Origin: Candidatus Poribacteria bacterium
GTDB lineage: Bacteria; Poribacteria; WGA-4E; PCPOR2b
Assembly (NCBI GenBank): GCA_965116925.1
Contig: OZ220744.1
Coordinates: 5,824,001 to 5,888,000 of the forward strand
Length of the DNA: 64,000 nt
Direction: 5' to 3'
Below are positions 1 to 9,111 of the stretch, in pieces (within the stretch, counting starts at the first letter, position 1; every line of letters begins with the position of its first letter). The notes under the pieces were generated by a model that searched no databases, had not been told where the DNA came from, and worked only from the letters and a program-made list of their open reading frames with translations. The position numbers and the translations under genes are program-made.

Positions 1-347
1 GATACGATCCAATTTTGCCCCATCTGAAACGGCTCAAGGTCGATCAGTACCTGATGGAGTTCACAATTCCGGTCGCCGGGGACCTTGCGGTGCTGAAGGA
101 GATCCCCGAAGATAAAACTGTTGGTCTCGGCTGTGTCGATTGTCGGGGCGAGCATATCGACACACCTGAAGAGATTGTTGCACGGGTTGAAAACGCACTG
201 CGCCACCTGTCCCCTGAACGCATCACACTCAATCCAGACTGCGGATTTGCGCCCGGCAGTGCCGCAGAAATTCCTATCGACGAGGCATACCAGAAGCTGA
301 AAAACGAAGCGAAAGCGGCAGAAATTCTTCGAGAAAGGTACGGATAG
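1..347 (+). CDS. Cobalamin-independent methionine synthase II (MetE C-terminal-like) family protein, 5' part outside window
   Basis: GLGCVD..ETPEEIVARVENAL..TLNPDCGF motif; frame open from window start. Confidence 0.8.
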   Translation, partial: YDPILPHLKRLKVDQYLMEFTIPVAGDLAVLKEIPEDKTVGLGCVDCRGEHIDTPEEIVARVENALRHLSPERITLNPDCGFAPGSAAEIPIDEAYQKLKNEAKAAEILRERYG

Positions 348-360
348 CGAAAACTCGACT

Positions 361-1563
361 ATGCAGAACTTACAAGAGCAGCCGTTTACACGGCGATCGC
401 TCATCCTGCCGATCTATTTCCCCGCCTTTCTGCTTTCCGTCGGCAGTGGCATCCTCATCCCAATCTTTCCGGAATACGCAAAATCTTTTAATCCCTCCTA
501 TAGCCTGATGGGGCTAGTCCTCGGTATGCAGGGGGTTGGAGTACTGATCGCAGACGTGCCTGCCGGTATCCTGATCGAACGGACGGGGCGCAAATCGTCA
601 ATGTTGATCGGTGCTGCCGTGGTGGGCTTATCCACCCTCGCCGTTGGGCTCGCCCACACTGTCCTTGAACTGCTGGTCTACCAACTCATCGCTGGGATCG
701 GCAGTGCCCTATGGACTATCGCCCGATATACCTATTTAACGGATGCGGTCCCAATTGAGGAACGAGGCAGATCGCTCGCAATGTTCGGTGGAGTGAGTCG
801 GATCGGTACTTTTTTAGGTCCTGCGATTGGCGGCTTTATTGGTAAACATTACGGTCTGAGTGCCCCTTTCTTTGCCTGTGCAGCGATTATGGGGGTCAAT
901 TTCCTGTTCTGCTTTTTTTTCATCCTCGAAACAAAACGTTCTTCAGTCGTAGGTCCTCGGCGGCTGCACCTGAAACAGTTTATCGATATATTGAAAACCC
1001 ACTACCGCGCATTACTCACGGCTGGAATGGGGCAGATCTGCGTCCAAACCCTGCGAGCAGGGCGCCGGATTATCATTATTCTCTATGGACGCGATGTGAT
1101 CGGGCTAGACCGCCAGACAGTTGGGCTGATTTTCAGTCTCTCCTCATTTATTGATATGGTGATGTTTCCGGTGGCAGGATTTATTATGGATCGGTTTGGC
1201 AGGCGATACGCCATCGTTCCCTGCTTCTTCATTTTCGCAACGGGAATGGCGATGGTGCCTTTGACAGGTAGCTATTTGACCCTACTGATTGCAGGCATTG
1301 TAATGGGGCTTGGCAACGGACTCGGTTCCGGCACAATGATGACGACGGGGGCAGACCTTGCTCCGCGTGATGGCACAGGCGAGTTTCTTGCGGTCTGGCG
1401 ACTCATCGGTGATGTCGGTCACGCAGCGGGACCTTGGATTGTCGGTGAGATTGCAGATGCGTCGGGATTGGGGCTTTCTGCTGTGGCTCTAGCAGGGGTT
1501 GGGTATATGGCGGTCGCGATTTTCCTCTGGTTGGTGCCGGAAACCTCACGGCAACGGGATTAA
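361..1563 (+). CDS. MFS transporter
   Basis: About 12 hydrophobic segments; motif-A-like GILIERTGRK and GFIMDRFGRR. Confidence 0.9.
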   Translation: MQNLQEQPFTRRSLILPIYFPAFLLSVGSGILIPIFPEYAKSFNPSYSLMGLVLGMQGVGVLIADVPAGILIERTGRKSSMLIGAAVVGLSTLAVGLAHTVLELLVYQLIAGIGSALWTIARYTYLTDAVPIEERGRSLAMFGGVSRIGTFLGPAIGGFIGKHYGLSAPFFACAAIMGVNFLFCFFFILETKRSSVVGPRRLHLKQFIDILKTHYRALLTAGMGQICVQTLRAGRRIIIILYGRDVIGLDRQTVGLIFSLSSFIDMVMFPVAGFIMDRFGRRYAIVPCFFIFATGMAMVPLTGSYLTLLIAGIVMGLGNGLGSGTMMTTGADLAPRDGTGEFLAVWRLIGDVGHAAGPWIVGEIADASGLGLSAVALAGVGYMAVAIFLWLVPETSRQRD

Positions 1564-1584
1564 CCTAAAAACTGACTAAAATCA

Positions 1585-1610
1585 ACCGCAGAGACGCGGA
1601 GAACGCGGAG
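1585..1610. repeat. ACCGCAGAGACGCGGAGA-type intergenic short repeat
   Basis: Same motif at 3399 and 5531; reverse-complement-like partners end at 3468 and 5900. Confidence 0.65.
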
Positions 1611-1814
1611 CAGATGACTGACAGATTGGGGGAGCGTGGGGGCGTGGGAATGAGTGTTTGACTCGCCTCCACGTTTTCTCACTTCCTCTCTTTCCTCGGC
1701 GGTCTCTCATTCTCTCGATCAGATCGGAAGTCAAAGCAATCTGTGGTCGGTTTTCAATGGTGATTAGTTTTTAGCTCGTTTTCCCGCTTTCTCGTTCTCT
1801 CGTTTTCTTCCCTG

Positions 1815-3374
1815 TCAACCCATCATGAAGTCCGAGATACGCTCTCCAATAACCATCGTCGTCACGTTGGTATTGGCGCGGATGCAGTCGGGCATAATCG
1901 AAGCGTCCGCCACCCGCAGCCCTTCGACGCCGTAGACTTTACCGTGCTGATCAACCGCAGCCATTGGATCGGAGTCCGGTCCCATCTTGCAGGTCGATGA
2001 GATGTGGTGACTGGTAGCCACTTGGCGCAGCAGCCATTCGTCCAAGGTTTTGTCTGTCGCCAGATCGGCATCTGTCGGCGCGAGCCGTTTTGCAACCAAC
2101 TTCTTGAAGGCATCGTGTTCGAGCAGATCGATGATGATACGCACGGACTCGCGCAGTCGTTCGCGGTCAAAGGATTCTGTCAGGTAGTTATAATCTAGGA
2201 CAGGCTGTTGATGCGGATCGGCAGAAGCGAGTCGGATTTCGCCCGCGCCGACAGCAAGGTATATGCAAGCAGCAACGTGAAATCCCAAAGGTACGGAGTG
2301 AGATTCGACGAGATACCCCTCCTCGGTGGCGAAAGCGGTTGGAAGGAGAAACATGTCGTTGCGAAGGTCAGAACCACCCGCCGTGTAGCGAAGCCCAATC
2401 TGAAGTCGTGGTTCTGTGCCCTCCGGCAGAAACGCCTCCTTTACCCTTAATGTAACCGACACCTGTGGATGGTCTCTCAGGTTCTGCCCAACGCCCGGCA
2501 GGTCGTGCACCACGGGAATCCCAATCGCCTTGAGGCGATCAGCGGGTCCGATACCCGAAAGCATGAGGATATGCGGCGAGCCGATAGAACCGCCAGATAA
2601 AACGATCTCCTCCCCGTAGACATCGAACATCTCACCACCACTTTCCACCTGGACGCCAACAGCGCGTTTGTCCTCAAAGAGGAGACGGTGTACCAAGCAG
2701 TTTGCTTTAATGGTAAGGTTCAGGCGATGGCGTGCGGGGTTTAGGTAGCCGATCGCTGTGCTCCAGCGGATGCCGTCCGGATTATTGAGCGCGAGCGGAC
2801 CGACTCCCGTAGAGTCGGGGTCATTGTGATCAGGGCAATCCGGATAGCCCGCATCCAGAGACGCATCGTAGAAGGCAGCCTGTTCAGGGTTTAACTCCTC
2901 GTATGTGTGCCTCCGGGCGCGGATGGGGCCCACATTCCCGTGATAAGAGTCGCTATAGTCGGGATCCGCCTCGTTTCTGCGAAAGCAGGGGAGCAGTTCC
3001 AAGTAACTCCATTTGTCGTTGCCCATGGAAGCCCATGTATCGTAGTCTTCAGGCACACCACGGAGGAAGATCTGCGCGTTCACCGCACTTGACCCACCAA
3101 CTATCTTGCCGCGTGGGACAAACATGGTGGGGGCACTGTCGGTAGCGCGGGCGGTGTAATCCCAACCGAATTTGGTCGGGCGGCCGAAGGCTCGCGCCCA
3201 GATATTGCGGTCTCGTCCGTAGCCGTACTTGATTTCTTCTGGAAGCTGCTCAAAATCTGGGAAGTCAGGACCCGCCTCCAGTAACAGGACGGATCGCCCC
3301 GGATCTTCCGTGAGGCGGGCTGCAAGTATCGCCCCAGCCGCTCCTGCTCCGACGATGATTGTGTCGTATCTCAT
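1815..3374 (-). CDS. GMC-family FAD oxidoreductase (choline dehydrogenase-like)
   Basis: GAGAAG FAD motif, PRGKIVGGSSAVN, C-terminal HISSTCKMG and GLRVADAS..NTN. Confidence 0.9.
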   Translation of the reverse strand: MRYDTIIVGAGAAGAILAARLTEDPGRSVLLLEAGPDFPDFEQLPEEIKYGYGRDRNIWARAFGRPTKFGWDYTARATDSAPTMFVPRGKIVGGSSAVNAQIFLRGVPEDYDTWASMGNDKWSYLELLPCFRRNEADPDYSDSYHGNVGPIRARRHTYEELNPEQAAFYDASLDAGYPDCPDHNDPDSTGVGPLALNNPDGIRWSTAIGYLNPARHRLNLTIKANCLVHRLLFEDKRAVGVQVESGGEMFDVYGEEIVLSGGSIGSPHILMLSGIGPADRLKAIGIPVVHDLPGVGQNLRDHPQVSVTLRVKEAFLPEGTEPRLQIGLRYTAGGSDLRNDMFLLPTAFATEEGYLVESHSVPLGFHVAACIYLAVGAGEIRLASADPHQQPVLDYNYLTESFDRERLRESVRIIIDLLEHDAFKKLVAKRLAPTDADLATDKTLDEWLLRQVATSHHISSTCKMGPDSDPMAAVDQHGKVYGVEGLRVADASIMPDCIRANTNVTTMVIGERISDFMMG

Positions 3375-3398
3375 TTCATTCTCCTCAATCTAAAACCA

Positions 3399-3468
3399 AC
3401 CGCTGAGACGCGGAGAACACACAGACAATGAACGAAAAAAATCTCTGTGTCCTCTGTGCCTCTGCGGT
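3399..3468. repeat. Inverted pair of ACCGCWGAG short repeats (hairpin)
   Basis: accgctgagacgcggagaacacacaga ... tctgtgtcctctgtgcctctgcggt. Confidence 0.7.
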
Positions 3469-3489
3469 AAAATAGATTCGTGTTGGTTT

Positions 3490-4377
3490 TCAATGTAGGG
3501 GACCTCGTGTTTCCATTGCCACCGAGATCCGCTCACTTCTGCCCCCTTCGCCATCAGAATGATACAAGCGGACAGCACCGTGGAAATGGTCTGCATATTC
3601 GACGAAGTCCAACTCTACTTCTGCCACCTGTCCCGGCACGAAAGGTTTACGAAAATAGATTGTGATTTCACGGAACCGCAGCCGCCCGGCATCCCCGCCT
3701 CCCTTGTGATACAGGAGTGCTAGGTAATCCTGCGCCTGGTTCATGTACACAGCCGTATTAATGTGGCGGTAGATATCCGACCGGTCCATATGGAAGGCGA
3801 GCGGTGTCGTGTCATGGAAGGCTTGTCCGTCGTTAGTTGCCCGGCAGCGGTACGACTCAATGTCCCGACTGACCAGATCGCTTCCTGTCGGTTCATGCTC
3901 CTTCAAGAATCTGATCGCCTCTGGAACGTCGGTTGGTCTATGTTGACCGGGGGGAGCAAGCGGACGGGTGAGTGCCATCCAGAATTCGGCGCGTCCCACC
4001 GGTCGCTGGGAGTCATTGTCTTTGTTGAACAAGTTACAGTTCATTGCCAAATGACCGCGTTTCAGGGTTCCGTTCTCGTCCCGTGTCGCCACCAATCGTA
4101 ACCGCGTTTCCTGCCGCAGCTTTATCCCCAAAGGACAGTGTACGCCGAAGGTTTCAAATCTCAGGATGTTGTTGAGCGGAACGACCCCGTCGCCGCGTTT
4201 GGCGTTATAATTCCAGTGGGAATTGAGGGTACTGTGGAGGCCGGGACCGATTGTACGACTCAGATTGGCTGTGACCAGCTCGGAATCCATATTGAGCATC
4301 CGCCACTCAACAGTCTCCTCTGTGACACCCTCTAGGAAATCTAGTGAACCCTTTGTCTGTGACATCAGGTGAATCAA
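3490..4377 (-). CDS. Double hot-dog acyl-ACP/acyl-CoA thioesterase-like protein
   Basis: DRSDIYRHINTAVY resembles the thioesterase DxxxHxNxxxY motif; ITIYFRKPFVPG strand. Confidence 0.6.
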   Translation of the reverse strand: MIHLMSQTKGSLDFLEGVTEETVEWRMLNMDSELVTANLSRTIGPGLHSTLNSHWNYNAKRGDGVVPLNNILRFETFGVHCPLGIKLRQETRLRLVATRDENGTLKRGHLAMNCNLFNKDNDSQRPVGRAEFWMALTRPLAPPGQHRPTDVPEAIRFLKEHEPTGSDLVSRDIESYRCRATNDGQAFHDTTPLAFHMDRSDIYRHINTAVYMNQAQDYLALLYHKGGGDAGRLRFREITIYFRKPFVPGQVAEVELDFVEYADHFHGAVRLYHSDGEGGRSERISVAMETRGPLH

Positions 4378-4484
4378 CCTCTTTCTATGAGCGCAACCGT
4401 TCAGGTCAAAAACAGAGAGGGAAATTCATAGTACTTGAAGCCTATCCATGCAATAAACTTTTTCTAAAGTGACGCAAGCACACA

Positions 4485-4626
4485 TGTCGCCTCGCTGGGG
4501 CTTTAGGGGTAGCGTTACCATGAATGCTATACACATATCACCCCGCTGGGGCTATGGATTGGGCCAGATGCCCGATCTACGAGGAAAAAAATCGTTGGGT
4601 ACGGTTCCCGTTCAACCCAACCTACG
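4485..4626. repeat. REP-like palindromic repeats
   Basis: Direct copies atgtcgcctcgctggggct / atatcaccccgctggggct and hairpin gttgggt..acccaac ending CTAC. Confidence 0.5.
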
Positions 4627-4679
4627 TGCTGTGCAGCTAGATTTGCACAAGGGTTACGGCATACGGAGTATGCCTACTA

Positions 4680-5501
4680 CTATATTCCAAGGATTTGACG
4701 AGCGTCGCTAGGTGTTGCGACTTCGCCTTGTAGCTGCTGGACCAAATTCACCGCAACCTCGACCATCTGGGCGTTACTTTTCAGCAGCACTCCCCTGCGG
4801 AGATAGATGTTGTCCTCAAAACCGACGCGAATATGACCGCCTAGAATGATACCCATCGTAATCATCGGCAACTGTGTCCGACCGACACCCATAACAGACC
4901 AAGGGATATCGGGTGGCAATAAGTTCTTCATGAATAGCATATTCTCCGGCGTTGCTTCGATACCCCAACCAGCACCCATACACAGTTGGATATACGGTGG
5001 ATCGTCAAACAGTCCTTCGTTAATTAAATGCAGTGCCTGCCGTATGTGCCCCGCGTCGAAGACCTCGATTTCGGGTTTGACGCCCTGCTCACGCATCCGT
5101 TGGGCTGCAGCGCGTCCCCACTCCGGCGGGTTGAGAAACATGCGGTCTCCAAAGTTCAGCGAACCGACATCAAGGGAGCAGATTTCAGGGTTTAAGGTAA
5201 CGGGCTCAAGGCGTTCTTCGATGATGTTTTTTCCTGGTATATTTCCACCGCTCGTTGTGAGATTGATCAGGATGTCACATTCTTGGCGAATCCGATCTAC
5301 AACCTCTGCGAAGAGCTCAAGCCTTGAACATACGATTCCTGTTTCGGGGTCACGCACGTGGATGTGTGCGATCGACGCGCCGGCTCGACTGCTTTCAATC
5401 GTGGCTTGTGCAATATCTTTGGGTGTATATGGGACGGCTGGATTCATCTCCTTGGTGGGGCCCGATCCCACCACCGCTACCGAAACAATTGTCTTTGCCA
5501 T
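4680..5501 (-). CDS. Beta-keto acid cleavage enzyme (BKACE/Kce, DUF849) family
   Basis: [39 protein letters not shown]. Confidence 0.9.
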   Translation of the reverse strand: MAKTIVSVAVVGSGPTKEMNPAVPYTPKDIAQATIESSRAGASIAHIHVRDPETGIVCSRLELFAEVVDRIRQECDILINLTTSGGNIPGKNIIEERLEPVTLNPEICSLDVGSLNFGDRMFLNPPEWGRAAAQRMREQGVKPEIEVFDAGHIRQALHLINEGLFDDPPYIQLCMGAGWGIEATPENMLFMKNLLPPDIPWSVMGVGRTQLPMITMGIILGGHIRVGFEDNIYLRRGVLLKSNAQMVEVAVNLVQQLQGEVATPSDARQILGI

Positions 5502-5638
5502 AATCGGTTCCTCCAAAACATTTCTATTTTACCGCAGAGACGCGGAGACGCAGAGAAAACCAGAAAACGTGAAAACGGGATAACGAGCGAAAAGCAACGC
5601 AAAAGCGCAACGCTGTAAAGGCGCGAAGAAAACCTCAA

Positions 5639-5770
5639 GGCTCATGTAAAAAGAAAGTGCAAAACACGAAGCAAAATCGTAGGGGCGGGGTTTCCCCGCC
5701 CGCCGTAAGGGTTGGGGGACCCAACCCCTACGAATATTCGGCTTCTTTGCACTAAATCTTAACATGAGCG
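5639..5770. mobile_element. MITE, GGCTCAT-end family, with GTAG..CTAC REP-doublet cargo
   Basis: Ends ggctcatgtaaaaagaaagtgcaaa / tttgcactaaatcttaacatgagc; acctcaa on both flanks. Confidence 0.75.
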
Positions 5771-5921
5771 ACCTCAAAATGGAATAACAGGAAAGTGCTC
5801 CCTGTCTGGTTCTCTCGTTTTCTGTCTTTAGCGTCCTTGCGTTCTATTTTTTTGTTCTCTCGTCTTCTCGTCGGTTCTGTGTCCTCTGTGTCTTTGTGGT
5901 GGGTTCTATCCTCCATAAAAA

Positions 5922-7946
5922 TTAGGATTCCTTTAATAGTCTATCGATCTCCTCTTTGATGTGTCCCTGCGCCGTCTGGACAAACTGCTCCGTGCTCATT
6001 CCTTCGAGTCGGGTTTCAAGCCCGTGAGAACCAAATCCGAACACGATACTGTCCGCTGCGTGGGCTTCGGGATCGTCAAAGTAACGCGGTGTGGTTCCTC
6101 GCAGGGCATCTGGAAGGTCATCTCCTTCTGTACGGTATACGATAGGGTTTGCAAGAATAGCCATTGGTAAATCGCCCCCCATCTCCTCATGGGAGACCGC
6201 CGGATAACGTTTCACTTGCATGTCACCTAGTATCACGGTGTCTTTCAACTCTGGTGCCCAAGTTGTCACCCGGTAAGTCCGTCCCGGTGAAACCCAGTCC
6301 TGTAACTGTTGTCTCCGTGCAACGTAGTCATGCCATTTCATCAGCTCAGGAAGATGCTCCACAGGTAGGGAACTCTCATCTTGGTATAGAGCAAGATTGC
6401 CTTCGGTACGGAGGTCGTTGAATACAGCAAACCAGTGGGCATAGCCTCGGAGACCGCGAGAAAGTTGCATCACATCGTTGTTCGGTGGCGCGTGGGAGGC
6501 GTCCACAATTACGATATGGGGCATCTGCGCGTTAATCTGTTTGACAAAATCCCTTGGGAACGCCGGAGGCACACTCAGTCTCGTAGAGGTGCCGGAGCGT
6601 ACCCGATCATACCTAAGCGTGAATCTCTCTTTAAGATACGCCTCAATAGGCTCGACAACCCACTGCCGCCCGTAACGGTCATTGCCCACCACCACGATGT
6701 GTCTGCTAGTGCGCTCTCGGAACCCTCTCAAAAACCTGAGAAATTCCACGGCTTCGTAGGCAGTTCGGCCAACTTCTGCGAGGTGCTGTTCGCTCAAATG
6801 GAATTTATTCGGGGCAACCGATGGCAGTTCTTCGAGTTGGTTGAACAGTTGGTACAATTCCTCGTTTGATTTTGGCGGTGGGTATCGATTCTGGAGTTGA
6901 TAGGTCAGCGGTTCCAGAACGCGGGTGTATTCGTAGGCGAAGCGTCTGAATTCCAGATCTCGCTGCAAGATGTTGTTTATATCGAATCGTCCGTTCCGTG
7001 TATCCGCTCTGTATCGATCAAGCTCAGAGAGAAGAAAGTCAAAGTCCGAATCCTGCGATAAAAAATCGATCAGCGGTGGAGTTAGTATCGTGCCATCGTG
7101 ATTTGTCTTGTGGTATTTACCCATCCACCCCTCTAACTTCTCAAAACGGTTTAACACCTCTGTCTTCGGAAAGTTTTTTAGGAAGAGCTCGATCTGTTTT
7201 ACATCAAATTTAACATGCAACTGACGTATCAGATTGAAACGGTGCATATTAATGATAATGTCGGTCAACCCCAAAATATCGGTTGACTTAAAGACATCCA
7301 CATACCTATCGCAGATGACCTCATCATCGATCTGGCTATCTCCCTCAGTCTCACGCAGATGGTTGAGCAGGCGTTTTTTTGCGGTGAGTATCTGCGCCGG
7401 TATTCTGCGTCCTTGGCGTGCGTTTATGCCTCCTTGCAGAATCTGTTTGTACCAATATTCGGACACCTTCGCTGCTATTTCAGTGTCTGGTTGAAACGGT
7501 CGGAGGTGTTCCATCTCCGCTGCGAAAGCAATCGCACGTAGGGGGACCCGACGTTTTCCCTGCATTGAAAGCGCGTCCAACTGCTCTCGGATAGGGCATG
7601 GGAAACTCGGTCTGTATTTTAGATATGTTTTTAGGAACTGCTCTGCTCTTTTCGGCGTGTGGGTGTGAGCGGCGTTGATCAGCTCGCGGATTGAGTTAAG
7701 AACCGTTTGGGGATTTTTGGACTCCTTATCGGAGATGGCGATGATCTGCTCAACCACTGCAGCGAAATTATCCTCCGCTAGTAGGAATTGTCGCCACACC
7801 GAACTCGTTGTTTCATGGACAACTGTTGACAGTAGAGCGTAGCTTGCGTGCTCATAGTAGCCAATTTCGCGCTCATACCGAAGCAGATCTGCTAGTGGTT
7901 CTCCTATGCTTCTCCACGGAATTTCACACTTTTGGGTTGAGGTCAT
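5922..7946 (-). CDS. Hypothetical protein (674 aa)
   Basis: Long ORF with RBS, 4 bp downstream of previous gene; no family recognised. Confidence 0.7.
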   Translation of the reverse strand: MTSTQKCEIPWRSIGEPLADLLRYEREIGYYEHASYALLSTVVHETTSSVWRQFLLAEDNFAAVVEQIIAISDKESKNPQTVLNSIRELINAAHTHTPKRAEQFLKTYLKYRPSFPCPIREQLDALSMQGKRRVPLRAIAFAAEMEHLRPFQPDTEIAAKVSEYWYKQILQGGINARQGRRIPAQILTAKKRLLNHLRETEGDSQIDDEVICDRYVDVFKSTDILGLTDIIINMHRFNLIRQLHVKFDVKQIELFLKNFPKTEVLNRFEKLEGWMGKYHKTNHDGTILTPPLIDFLSQDSDFDFLLSELDRYRADTRNGRFDINNILQRDLEFRRFAYEYTRVLEPLTYQLQNRYPPPKSNEELYQLFNQLEELPSVAPNKFHLSEQHLAEVGRTAYEAVEFLRFLRGFRERTSRHIVVVGNDRYGRQWVVEPIEAYLKERFTLRYDRVRSGTSTRLSVPPAFPRDFVKQINAQMPHIVIVDASHAPPNNDVMQLSRGLRGYAHWFAVFNDLRTEGNLALYQDESSLPVEHLPELMKWHDYVARRQQLQDWVSPGRTYRVTTWAPELKDTVILGDMQVKRYPAVSHEEMGGDLPMAILANPIVYRTEGDDLPDALRGTTPRYFDDPEAHAADSIVFGFGSHGLETRLEGMSTEQFVQTAQGHIKEEIDRLLKES

Positions 7947-7950
7947 TTTT

Positions 7951-8829
7951 TTACCTCTCCGATTCTGCGAGCAACCCCCGTAAATGTTTGACCGCTAACC
8001 CAATGGCTTCGGCGTAATTGCACTGATTGCCCTGGTCCTCGAAAACAATCGACATATTCCCGTTGAAGTTTACTTTCTTGAGGATAGAAATAATCCGTCT
8101 ATAATCGAGTAACTCCTCCTTGCCGCTATCAACCTTATAGATCTTAGCACGCACGTATGAAGCGTAGGGTGCGGTCTGTTCCATGTATTTGTAGATATTC
8201 TCACTTGAATCGGCAGTCCCTTCCCTACTTGTCGGTGCACCGCGCCATCTACCCGTGTCCAAGATGAAGGTGAAGTTCTCACGGTCAACGTCGTTCAGGA
8301 TGCGGAAGATATCATCGCTTGTCGGTTCCACAGCTGGCGGATGGTTGTGAAGACCGATGAGGATCCCTTTCTCAGCTGCATAATCGGAAACCGCTTGGAA
8401 ACCAGAGATCATCGTTGACCACACCGCCTCACGGTTCTCCGTCGCTTCAGGCACGCCTCCGCCGAACAGACGAATCAGTGGGGCACCCATGAATACGGCA
8501 ACATCTACGGCTTCTTTGACTACATCAATTCGCTGCTGTAATTCTTCCGGTGATAGCGACGCGCCGACCACACCTCCATTCGGTAGTTGAGCAGTGCCGA
8601 CAAATCCACTACCTGCTCCTATGAAACCTATCGGCAAGCCGTACCGATGGCACAAAATTTTGACCCTGCGAAGATATGCGGGTTCTAGAGAACGGAATCC
8701 CCTATCAAGTTGAAAGTCAATCATATCGAGCCGCAACGCGTGAATCAGATCAATCATCGTCTCAATATCTATCCACCCGCCGGGGTTATCTCTGTCTTTC
8801 ACCAAGCTATTACAACCGAGTTTAATCAT
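7951..8829 (-). CDS. Sugar phosphate isomerase/epimerase (xylose isomerase-like TIM barrel)
   Basis: LIRLFGG, GLHNH, LDTG, SIVFE motifs. Confidence 0.85.
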   Translation of the reverse strand: MIKLGCNSLVKDRDNPGGWIDIETMIDLIHALRLDMIDFQLDRGFRSLEPAYLRRVKILCHRYGLPIGFIGAGSGFVGTAQLPNGGVVGASLSPEELQQRIDVVKEAVDVAVFMGAPLIRLFGGGVPEATENREAVWSTMISGFQAVSDYAAEKGILIGLHNHPPAVEPTSDDIFRILNDVDRENFTFILDTGRWRGAPTSREGTADSSENIYKYMEQTAPYASYVRAKIYKVDSGKEELLDYRRIISILKKVNFNGNMSIVFEDQGNQCNYAEAIGLAVKHLRGLLAESER

Positions 8830-8966
8830 GGGTTCTCCTTCGTTATCAGGATCGCTGGCGACCGCGCTGATTTGGTTTTCTAATCATACATGAGCCATCG
8901 AGCGAAAGTCAATTAAAATAAAGATGGCGAAATTCAAATAAGAGCTCTATCAGTCAGTTTTATGAG

Positions 8967-8995
8967 TTGACAGGGCTTTCCTTTTCGGGTATAAA
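8967..8995 (+). promoter_or_regulatory. Sigma70-type promoter of the helicase/MTase operon
   Basis: TTGACA-17 bp-TATAAA. Confidence 0.65.
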
Positions 8996-9111
8996 TTATC
9001 ATCCGTTTCGTGGGGACTGTGACATCATTGCTTAGTGATGCCCCTCACACCCACTCACAAGGGCCCGAAACGGTGAAACGGAACCCCAGAATTTATAAAA
9101 GAGGTCAATCG

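Noticed and set aside
1815..3374. Mycofactocin cluster (MftG-like GMC with the distant creatininase-like and radical SAM genes)
   Set aside because: The genes are more than 40 kb apart, no MftA/MftB is seen, and the radical SAM enzyme is anSME-type.
5531..5900. Possible CRISPR array in repeat-rich spacers (also 19707-19940 and 63447-63938)
   Set aside because: No constant repeat with regular unique spacers and no cas genes; better explained as MITE/REP.
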